Assembly: GCF_036321535.1 (NCBI RefSeq)
Contig: NC_087436.1
Location: forward strand, 100,194,001 to 100,258,000
Reading direction: 5' to 3'
Source of the DNA: Camelus dromedarius
Lineage: Eukaryota
DNA length: 64,000 nucleotides
In this document: one piece after another, positions 53,175 to 64,000 of the stretch
Numbering within the stretch: position 1 is the first letter of the stretch
Layout: every line of letters begins with the position of its first letter
The notes under the pieces: generated by a model
The model's input: the letters and a program-made list of their open reading frames with translations, nothing else
Databases searched by the model: none
What the model was told of the DNA's origin: nothing
Translations under genes and position numbers: made by a program

Positions 53175-53559
53175 TTTTTACAGGCTGAATTGTGTCCCTT
53201 CAAGTTCATATGTTGAAGCCTTAACTTCTAAATACCTCAGAATACGACTGTATTTGAAGATAGTCTTTGAAGAGGTGATTAGGTTAGAGTGAGGCCATTG
53301 GGATTGGGCCCTAATCTAATAGCAATGGTTTTCTTATAAGGAAAAGAGACTTCAGGGAGCTTGTGCAAAAAGAAAGTTCACATGAGGACACATAAAGAGT
53401 GGCCGTCTGCAAGCCAAGAAGAGACACGTCGGAAGAAACCAAACCCGCTGACATCTTGGTCTTCAGCTTCTGGCTTTGGGCCGTGAGGAAATAAATTTCT
53501 GTTGTTTAAGCCACCCAGTCTGTGGTTCTTTGTTATGGCAGCCCAGGCAAACTAAAATA
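53175..53559 (+). mobile_element. MLT1B-like solo LTR
   Basis: 'ggctgaattgtgtccc...gggccctaatc...aataaatttctgttgtttaagccacccagtctgtgg...ggcagcccaggcaaactaa'. Confidence 0.9.
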
Positions 53560-54467
53560 TGTATTCATTATTACAAAATAAGATACACAAATATGAAGTG
53601 AATGAGATACCATATCCTCTTATGGCACTTTTCTCCATAAAAGAAACTTATGCAAACAGCAAAAGAATAAGCAGAAAGCAGGCTCTTAGTTATATAGTTA
53701 AATAATTAAGATTTTTACACCAGGAGAGCCCAGTTTGGGACTCACAAATCCAGGTCCAATAGCTAATGCAAGCCAGTAATAATCTCTGGAGAAATGAAAA
53801 TATTAAAGATCTTAGAACACATTTTCTTGCTAAATGTACTCAAGTATCTGTACTATTGTCTTAATATTGCTTTGGCTTTTCATTTAGTGTGTATTTTTTT
53901 GTGGGCTTGAGTTTGAATGTGTATGAAAACAGGCTGTGGTAGATTGCCCAATACTTTTTATGGCAAAATAAAAACCTTTGTTTTCTCTCCATTGTTTAGC
54001 TTATCTGTTCTTGTGTATCTGGGTTTCTTTTGAATCTAATTTTCTTATGTAACAGATGCTTAAAGCTAGCAGGAAGAACTTAGGCTCTTTATTTGCCTGC
54101 TCTTTCTTCCTAAACATGTAAATGTAACCTCAGATGATTCTAATATGAATCATTTCATTTTAGACACAAAAGTCAGGGAAATATGAATAAGAAAAGGATT
54201 TTTAATGAGACATATGTCTTTTTAAAATAAGGGATTTCTTTACTAGAAATTTCGTGTAGATTTCATTGTTCCTAATTATATCATGTGATGCCTTTTGACT
54301 GCAAGATGTGTAGACTCTTTAGAAAAAGGAGGTAAGAGGAAGGTGGCTGATGAGGGCTTGGATAGCCACTGGACAGACTGGGTCAGCCAGTCCGTGAAAT
54401 AAAACAGCCTATACAAACTGGTCCAAATTAGTCTAATCTCCCCAGGAGAGACATTCTCGTTAATGGG

Positions 54468-54552
54468 ATTTATTTATTTGTTTGTTTGTTTGTTTGCTTG
54501 TTTGTTTGTTTGTTTGTTTGTTTGTTTGTTTATTTATTTATTTATTTATTTT
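54468..54552. repeat. Compound (ATTT)n(GTTT)n(ATTT)n microsatellite
   Basis: Read directly. Confidence 0.95.
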
Positions 54553-54899
54553 TGCCCAGGGTAAATACTCCCATTGAAATTGTCTCTCTGGATGCAGCTC
54601 ATTTATATCTAAAAGTAGCTTTCTTCTATTTTTTTTTTTAATTTCTGATAAGCTCTACCTCCCCATCTCTTAAGATTGGTATTTTGTATCTTTAAATATT
54701 AAATATATTCAGTTATGTTTAACTAAGAAGTCATTCTGCTTTGTTAAATTTGAGTTCCATTGTTGTTACTGAGACTCTAAGTGTTGAATTAGTTTACCTG
54801 TCGTAATGTTTCCTATCTAAGTGTAAAGTCTGCCTATACACTGTGAAGTGTATAAGATGTTACTTACTTGGGAGCTAACAAGTTAGTCAGATAGTTTTT

Positions 54900-55112
54900 C
54901 TTTTTTAAAATTTTTTTATTGAAGTAAGTTGATTTACAATGTTAGTTTCAAGTGTACAGCAAAGTGATTCCGTTATACATATACGTACACATACATATAT
55001 TTTTCTTTTCAGATTCTTTTCCATTATATGTTATTATAAGAAATTGAATATACTTCTCTGTGCTATACAGTAGGTCCTTGCGTTTAACTGTTTTATATAT
55101 AGTAACATGTGT
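54900..55112 (-). mobile_element. L1 3' UTR fragment
   Basis: 'tttttattgaagtaagttgatttacaatgttagtttc...tgtgctatacagtaggtccttg'. Confidence 0.88.
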
Positions 55113-55624
55113 CTGATACAGTTTTAAGAAAGTTGCAGAATATACAAAACTCTTGGGTTGAAGACTAAAAATAGTTTATTTCTAACCCCCCAAAATGGTA
55201 GCCCAACTACCAGAACTTTTTTTCTGCTGGTTCTTCAAACAATTTCTAATTTCCGCGGGGTGAAAGAGAGGGCCAGGAGACAACTGCGTATCCCATGGGT
55301 TTGTTAAAGGAGAAGGACGCTAAGCTTAGGGTCCTGGAACATCTCAAAATGGTCAGTAAGTGACTGCCCTTTGCTCTGGAGGAATTCACTCTACTTTTGA
55401 AAGTTATTTGCAATACAACTATCTAGAAAAATATTGTCCAGATCAAAGGGAAGTCAGAGCCATGCTCACAAGACCTGCAGAAATGTAAGAGAACCGTGAG
55501 TGTATGCATCCAAATAGAAGAGACGACTCCCTCTGAATTAGATCTAAAAGTGACTGCTGGGAAGTGAGTGCCAATGGAGAGAAAAAATTCTACTATATCA
55601 AGAGCCCAGTTAAATTAAATGCAT

Positions 55625-56690
55625 ATTTTTGTATTGAAATATGGTTGATTTACAATATTTTATTAGTTTCAGATGTACAACATAGTTATTCAAGATTTTT
55701 ATAGATTATACTCCATTTAAAGTTAATAGAAGACAATGACTGCATTTCCCTGTGCTGTATAATATATCCGCATTGCTTATCCATTTTATACGTAGTGGCT
55801 TGTACATCTTAATCTCGTACTCCTATTTGGCCCCTCCCCTCACTCCGCTCCCCACTGGTGATCACTAGTTCATTCTCTGTATCTGTTAATCTATTTCTGT
55901 TTTGTTATACATGTTAATTTGTTTTATTTTTCAGACTCCACATGTAAGTGATTACATACAGTATTTGTCTTTCTGTCTGACTTATTTCACTAAGCATAAG
56001 ATTCTTTAGGACAATTCACTTTGTTGCAAATGGCAGAATTTTATTCTTTTTTTAGAACTGAGTCATTTTCCATTATATGTACCATATCTGCTTTATCTAG
56101 TCACCTGTTGATACACACTCAAATTGCTTCCATATCTTGTACATTATAAATAGTATGCTATGAATATTGGGGTGCATGTATCTTTTCATAGTGTTTTCAT
56201 TTTCTTCAGTGGAATTGCTGCATTCTATGGTTCTAATTTTAGTTTTTTAAGGAACCTCCATAGTGTTTTCCATAGTGACTGTACCAACTTACATTTCCAC
56301 TAATAGTGTGCAAGGGTTCCCTTTTGTCCACATCCTCTCCAACATTTATTATTTATAGACTTTTTGATAATTTTCAGAGGTGTGTGGTAATAGCTCATCA
56401 TGGTTTTGGTTTGCATTTCTTGGGTGATTAGCAACGTTGAGCATCTTTTCATGTGCCTGTTGGCCATCTGTATGTCTTCTGTGGAAAAATATCTACTCAG
56501 GTTGTCATTTCTCTCGCCATAGGAGACAGATCCCCCAAAATATTGCCATGATTTATGTTAAAGAGTATTCTGCCTATGTTCTCTTCTAGGAATTTTATGG
56601 TTTCAGGTGTTACACTTAGGTCTTTAATCCATTTTGAGTTTATTTTTGTGTATAAAAAATGGTCTAATCTCATTCTTTTACATGTAGACA
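55625..56690 (-). mobile_element. L1 3' UTR plus ORF2 end, with an internal deletion near 56480
   Basis: Antisense L1 text; minus-strand ORF 56497-56730 contains '[24 protein letters not shown]', an ORF2 motif. Confidence 0.9.
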
Positions 56691-58914
56691 AAAAATTCCA
56701 TTGTGTATATGTATATATATATACACACATATAACACAGTTATTTCAGTCATTTTCTCTTTTTTACACACAAATGTTGTAACATTTCTTTTTTTAAATAG
56801 TGTATGATATACAAATGAATGAAACATAAATGATCCCTTAAAAAGTTCACAGAACCTAGTGGCAGGGGTAAAATGCTGACGTGGAATCCAGTTGTCACAT
56901 CTTTTGTTGGGAAACAGTCTCAGCCCCCAAGCCAGCTAAATGTGTCCCCCACCATAGATAGCTGTGTAATGTATCCAGTTCAAACATCTTTTTAGAAAAT
57001 GTGGTGTCCCGAGTACATACAGGGAGAAAAATCACGTTTTTCATAGTATCAAAATTTCCAACTGGTCTTCTACTCCACCTCCAGAATAAAAGAATATGTT
57101 GGAGGTGATATCACCTTCCGATACTTTGGACAGGATGCATAATCAATTGAAAGCTTTCCTAGAATACTGGGTTTTGCCAGTAACTAGACAACTTTTGTTT
57201 TGCTCCAAGGCATATGCAAGCTGAAAGCTAGCATTGAATTATTTAGGAAGGAAGAGTAACTTTAAATGCTATTTGTAGACAGGGGAAGGGAAAGATAGAA
57301 GGTAATGTAGTGATGTGGCTGGTGGACAGAGAATATCTCTTGAGAAAAGAGCAGACATTATTTTTCTATGTATCTATCTAAACACCTATCATTTATACTA
57401 TGCTGTCATATAGTATATAAGGAAATCATTTTCTATGAATTCCCTGATATTTCAATAGCATCTCTAATTCTGGGTTTGATTTTTTTTTTTTTTTTTTAGA
57501 TTGTATTTTAGACGTCAAATCTTAGCAAGAATAAATTACTTGCTTAGGGTTACTTTCACAGGTTAGTGCAGAGTGAAAAAAACAAGGGTTCCACTGGGAG
57601 CCCAGTTCCATGTGAAATGCAATTTTAATGTACTTTCACATTTACATGCCTATCTCATATCAGTCATGCACTTCTTTAGAATTCTTTAGGATAATATGTG
57701 CACATGTTATTCATGTTTGTATGCGCTGCACATGACACAGCATCCTGAATCATGGCATGTATATAACAAGAGCTGTCATTCTTTTATTGTGGGTAAATAG
57801 ATAAGGACTTTATAGTCATACGTCTGATAGAAAGATTGTGGCCAAGGGTAACTGAAAGCTAGTTGTTGTCCTTTGCAGACATTGACTCCACTGGGCTTCC
57901 TTTTGTTTTTTCTAAATCTTATTAATTAATATTTAATACATTAAGTGATTTAGCTATCATGCTTTATTAAGAATAACTTATTTGGCAAAGAACAAGCACA
58001 AGTCAGGTTCCTGATAATTTGCCAAATAATATAATGTTGTTTTGATTCATTTAAAAAAGTATATTATCATGTGGCAGAAAGTAAACAAATTAATAGCATA
58101 AAGATGTATAATTGGTACCAATACTAAGATCTGAGTCAACAAAACTACATTTGAGACATCAAATCACCTGTCAGTGATTTTACTGAATTAATTTTTAAGT
58201 TTTAAAAGCAATATTTACATACATAAAATATAATTTTTCAGAACACTGTCATAAATTTAATGTTTTACTTTGTTCACATTTGCACCCAAAACAGAATCAT
58301 GCTTTAACTACTTAGGTGACAGCAGTGTTTGCCCTCAAAGAAGCAGCAGGGCAATGTATATGTCTGCATCGGGATTCCAGTATGTTAGGATCACTTTGAG
58401 GGATGCAAATTCTAGATTCTTCATTATAGCTATGATACAAAACAATGAAAAGGTTTATTTTAATTGGGGATTTCTGAGTAAAGTCTTATTAAAACCTGAG
58501 TGAGGTAGGCACTGTGGTTTGAAGTTTTAAAAAATTGAATGAACAACACATAAACATTGTATGCATGAATTATATGCTATATCACACATTATGAAAAAAA
58601 TATGTTATATAATAAATAATACGTTAGATTGCATGCTATGTGATAAATTATACATAACTACAGAAATGTGAATTATATGTGTATTTTTCTTTGCTAGTAC
58701 AGAATGCTGATCACAAATTATTACTTCTATGTAACATAAATCCATATAAGTTACCTGCAACAAGTTTTCAAACAATAAAACACATTAATTATACATTTAG
58801 AAATTAAAGATTTTCAATCAAATGATTTACATTATGTAAACAATTTATAACAGAGAAGACACAGAAACTAGAAAAATAAAATTTGTAAAAACAAAGTATA
58901 GAGGGTTGTTTATC

Positions 58915-59260
58915 CTTGTGTTAGTCACAACACTGTTGCAAGTCACCAAAACCCACTAAAACTCACCATCTTCAGTATAAAAGGACTTTCATGAAAAGAG
59001 AATGGAATTTAAGTCTATTGGAAACACCAAAACAACTCCAGGAATCTCAAGAAAAAGATACTTGGCCTAGAAAACCCACAGTCAATTGTAACATCTTTTA
59101 CTTGAGGTTCCTGGAGTTGTTCTGTGTCTCAATTTCAGCCATTGGAGGTAGTCTGGTTAAACAATCCTCTGAAAAAAATCAGCTGTGGCAAAAAGACCCA
59201 TAAAACTTAGTAGAACAGCCAATGGGATTGTTCCACTGGGTGTATCAATTTTTTTGTGTG
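58915..59260 (-). mobile_element. Old MLT1K/L-like fragment
   Basis: 'tgtgttagtcacaacactgttgcaagtcaccaaaacccactaaaact'. Confidence 0.45.
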
Positions 59261-60554
59261 TGCTTTCACTTTTTAAGTCTCTACTTACATTTGTCATATA
59301 GATAATAGGAACAATCCAGAATTTCCTTTTTCCTGTATCCTACATGAACATAAAAATAAACAATTCAGTTTCTCTTGAGAAACAAAAAAATAGGAGTTAA
59401 GAGTGTTCTTAGGCAGATTCACTGAAATGTTATGAAAAACTTCAGTAAGAACTAAAATTATTAGCCAGAAATATTCATGGAAAGGGTGGTTAAAATCCCT
59501 TTTGGTTTAGCTAATTATCTTTTAGAAGATAATCTATACAATTGATATAATTTTAAGGATCATGGAAAAAAGTGAAATTAACTAGATGAATCTCCTTGTT
59601 CAGTTGAAGAAACTGAACCTCATAGAAATAAAATGATTTGACTGGTCATATAGCTAGTTAATAAGAGAGACATCAACATGATATATATTTGTTTGGTTTG
59701 AGGGAAACATATATAATATATAGATTTATTTTTATATAAAAATATAAATAATATTTTCTAAGCCAAACAAAATATATGTACACATACTTACATACATATG
59801 CATACCTATGCATACATATGTATATATGCATATACATTCATAACTTCATCTCTGGCAGTATTCTTTATGTTTCCATATTTACACATATAGGCATCTACAC
59901 AGGGCTAATATTTTGTTTAGAATGTTCAATTTGAAAAACATTTAAATACGTTTACCATCTTCTACCCCTTCCAAATTTATGTCATTTTCTGTTTCTATCT
60001 ATCTATTACCTACCTATCCATCTACCTATCCATCTATGTACTCTTCCATCATATTAGACAAATTACGAGATGCAATGTAATCATATAGATGAAAAAATAG
60101 AAAATATATGATTTGAGAGAATTATTGTCTTATCTTATTCAATTACTTAAAAAAATCCAATATATTATGCTTGTGAGATAAATCTAGACAGCAATATATA
60201 TCTAAAATCTGTGCTAAGACCTCTTACAATAGTATAGTAGTTTCCCATTATGTTGCTTGCAAATAAGTTAACTTGAACATCTACAGCTTTATCTCACAAT
60301 CCACAAAATAGATACAATGTATCAATTTCCATGTTTTTGTTTCATGTGTTTAATAGTATCATTTTAAAAAGTATTTTATATTTTCTTAGGATGAAATAAC
60401 TCTGTTTACTTTTATAATTTGAATTTTGCCAAGTTTATATTTACTCTATCCATAGTTTTCTAATTTTATAAATGTAAGTAATTTCCTTCAATTTTTTTAT
60501 TAGAAAAGCATATTATTACTTTAGTTTTTTCATTGGTAGAAGTTTTATCTTAAA

Positions 60555-60678
60555 TTTTTTTTTTTTAGTTCTTAATTTTTTTGTGGGGTGAGGTAATTAG
60601 GTTTGTCTATTTATTTATTACTTCTAGTAGAGGTACTGGGGATTGAACCCAGGACCTTCTGCATGCTAGGCGTGCACA
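60555..60678 (-). mobile_element. Camelid tRNA-derived SINE (Vic-1-like), 5' end missing
   Basis: 'ggggtgaggtaattaggttt...tatttattta...gaggtactggggattgaacccaggacc' is the reverse complement of the SINE body at 31520; the A-box end is absent. Confidence 0.88.
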
Positions 60679-60694
60679 CATAGTCTCTGGTGTC

Positions 60695-61282
60695 TGTTCT
60701 TTTGATCTCTACCTGCTTAACAAACTGCCCCAAACTTAGTGGTTTAAAACAACTATTTCATTTTAGCTTGGATTTGAGGGAGCCAGGAATTCAGGCAGAC
60801 CTCAGTGGGGTGATTCTGCTCCATGTCACATTGGAGTCATTGTGTTATGTGGCTGAAGACTGAGCTGCTCTGGTGCTATGACATTCACACCATTGCCTTG
60901 TTCTTTGCAGAGATGGAAAGGGGATGGGATCAGTCAGGTGCCTCTTCCTCTTATGTCTCAGGGCTTCTCAAAAAGCCCTGAGACATAAGAGGGCTTTTTA
61001 TGTCTTTTTATAAGAGGGCCATTATTTAAAATTCCAGTTGCCCTGCTCAGGGCTTCTCCCTTCAGCAGGGCAACTGGAATTTTAAATAATGGCTCAGATA
61101 TTCAAGAGCAAGTGTTCTAAGACAAGGAAGTAAGAATGGCCAGTCTCGAGATCTAGGTCCAGAAACTAACGGAACATCACTTTCACTGGGCAAGAAGTCA
61201 CAAAACCCAGATTCAGAGGGAAAGGACATGGACTTGAGCTCTCTTAGAAGACACAGGAAATAATTTGTGGCATCGGCCACAA
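60695..61282 (-). mobile_element. MLT1G/H-like solo LTR containing a templated insertion
   Basis: 'aacaaactgccccaaacttagtggtttaaaacaac', 'caggaattcaggcag', 'aagtcacaaaacccagattcagaggga'. Confidence 0.75.
60947..61093. repeat. Two adjacent perfect inverted repeats (20-bp and 30-bp arms)
   Basis: 60947-60966 is the reverse complement of 60973-60992; 61018-61047 is the reverse complement of 61064-61093. Both checked base by base. Confidence 0.97.
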
Positions 61283-63487
61283 ATGTTAAAGTGCCAGTCA
61301 GAACTGAGTGTCAGTTAGCCTCTTCCACAGCTAACCAGCTTTTGACATTTAGTCTTGGGTTGATAGCTGGAGGAATTGTTTCGAAACAATACCAAAGGTC
61401 TCACGTGAATTTATGTCTTAGTTTTTTTTTCAGTCTTGCTAAATAAAATGAATCTTTGCATTTACTTGTTCATTAAAATGAAATTTAGCAATATTTAGTA
61501 ATATGATAGGTGATACAAGGAAATAAATTATCCCTGCCTAGTGAATTAGGTAAAACGTTGCCCTAAAATTATCTTCAGATGAATATATCCCTATTATCAA
61601 GGTAGAAACAATAAACAACCAATTTTGGGGAAAAAAACCCCTTAAGTTTTCAGATACTAGTTTCTTATTCCATGAAAGGAATATAACTGATTCAGTGCAT
61701 GAGGTTTTGGTAAAAATTAAATGAAACTGTGTCTATAAAAACAGCATGCCACCCTTCCCATGGTAAACGCCCTTTATCCTCGCTCTGTCCTTATATGGGT
61801 ATTGTCTTACCATCATTGCCTTTTCTGGAATTCTACAAGTACATAGAAAAATGACGTTATTAATAAAAATCTGTTTGGTTTTGTACTTTTGTTGATATAT
61901 TATTGTGCAAAGAGATTGGCTGGGAGATGATTGCAACATGAAAATCTCCTATGAAATGTATGGATAACAATAATTTAAAGCATAATTAAAATGTAATTCT
62001 CTATACTGAGATTAGGAAGCAATTATATTATTTGTTTTTGTTTTTGTTTTTTTTATTTTCCCATCTGCAGTAAACCAAGTAATGGGACAAGGCAATTCCA
62101 CTAAGTGATAGGAAATTGAATTATCTATCATGACCTTAGGAAGGCAAATCCTAGTGGCAATCAGACATTATCTAAGCCCAATTTATTAAAATACATTTAA
62201 TAGAGATAGCTCAAATAGGTCTATGGTGGATATAAACCACACTGAAGTATCTTAAATCAAACTAAAATATATATCATCTCTCTTCTTCTAAACTAGGCAA
62301 TGTGCCTTTAAACATATTAATACTAGTTGACATGGGAATTGAAAAGTTCATGGAATACAATGACTTGAGATGGGAGTTGTTATGTTCCCTGGTATATTCT
62401 TCCTAACAAGCTTAGAGGAAATTACATTTACAAGACAAGCTTTTCGTCTGTGAATTTATCATTCTGCTATACAATTAAGATTGCAGATAACGTCTCTTCT
62501 TATTAAATCCTGTAAATGTGCCCAGAGGCTACTGCAAAGGGAATACCCTCAAAATGAGATCAAGAAATACATAAATAAGAAATGTGAGTTTAGTATTCAT
62601 TACTCATGATTTCCAAAGTGTGCATGAGAATGAGCAGAACATTTATATTCATTCTGCTTTACTAATATTGACCTAGCAGAATGTTTTCAATACACCATTG
62701 GATATCAAGGACTGTAGGAAAGAAGGAACATAGAGATCACCGACCCTAGACTTTCATTTTATAGATGAAAAACAAACAGATAAATTTAAAAAAAGCAAAT
62801 AAACACACAAAATCTCGAGAAAAAAGAAAACTGCATTCTGAAAATTCAGAGACCTAGTAAACGACAGAAGTGAAACTTGAATGTGAGTAAATTGTTTTTA
62901 AGTTTAGAGTTCTCTTTACTAATTCATTGCTAATTCTTATTTTGAAATGTAATTTATTATGACCCTTACAACATGCATATCAATATTATGAACTGCCTTT
63001 AATCCCACTCTGATGACCCGATTGATAATCTGACAACTAATATTTTCATGAGAACTAAGATTTCTACACATATTCAACATATTAAATGTATATTTTTCTC
63101 TCACAACTTACAACGATAGAATTGCATTGCTCCAATAACAATTTCTCTTCTGGCCATGTGAAAAAATTGGAATTGAACATTCATATAATTTAATGTAGCA
63201 CTCGACTAAAATAAGATTGAAAAGAACACAATAATCTCAGAATGCCCAGAGCCATGAAAGGTAAGCAGGAGTATATTTTTTAGGGAGTTTTTAAATGAAA
63301 GAAATTTATATGATATTTTAATACATTGTGATTAAATACACAGGATTATGAATAAGACAAATTTGAATGATAACCCCTTCTCTATTACTATCAAAATGGT
63401 GCTGAACAGTTAGCCTAGTTTATCCTTTATTTCGTCATCTGTTTAAGTAATTATATCTTCATGAGATTGTGTGTTTGGTGTATGTCT

Positions 63488-63570
63488 GTGTGTGTGTGAG
63501 ACAGAGAGAGAAAGAGAGTGAGAGAGGAGAGACAGATAGACAGGCAGACAGACAGATGGACACAGGGAGA
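63488..63570. repeat. Compound (TG)n(AG)n(GACA)n simple repeat
   Basis: Read directly. Confidence 0.85.
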
Positions 63571-63619
63571 CAGATTGGAATTGATTGCTCCCTTGTAAGC
63601 ACGCACTACATTTTGAGCA

Positions 63620-63840
63620 GACAGCATGTTATAATGGTTTAGTTTGGTTAGAGTTGAACAAGTAAGGATTCAAATCTTGTCTTCATCACACTAGAGAAGG
63701 ATACAGCCCTAAAGGGGAAAAAAAAATAATTCCTTGAGTCTGTTTATTTGCGAGAATAATAGAGATAATTGTACATATCTGTCAGTTTTACAAGGATTGA
63801 AAAGCTGCCTTTTAAGATACACATTGAAAAAGTCGATGTG
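63620..63840 (+). mobile_element. MIR fragment
   Basis: 'ggattcaaatcttgtcttcatcac...ccttgagtctgtttatttgcgagaataatagagataat'. Confidence 0.55.
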
Positions 63841-64000
63841 TATCAATACTATTCGGCAAATGGGAGGTATCTCAGAACCAAAACTCTCAACATGCTCTAT
63901 AGATATTCAAATTCTTGTTTAATTTCATTCTCTCTCAAAAATTGTTTCTTCCATGAGGATCACACGTTTGTCTTATCACAAAATACAATTCTTTCCCTTT

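Overview
This is an AT-rich, CpG-depleted mammalian non-coding window, either a gene desert or a very large intron. It is most likely camelid (alpaca/llama/camel), because it carries two tRNA-derived SINEs with the Vic-1-type layout. I can support no host protein-coding exon, RNA gene or prokaryote-type system. The ORF track is explained by chance ORFs and decayed LINE-1 ORF2 fragments. The recognisable content is layered transposon debris: lineage-specific and older L1s (several with visible target-site duplications, TSDs, and two with 5' inversions), L2, MIR, MaLR/ERVL/ERV1 solo LTRs and DNA-transposon MITEs, plus microsatellites. The most unusual structure is at ~60.95-61.09 kb: an 89-bp templated insertion that creates two adjacent perfect hairpins (20-bp and 30-bp stems) inside an old MLT1 LTR. 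Repeat family names come from recalled consensus motifs, not a database search. Boundaries of old repeats are approximate.
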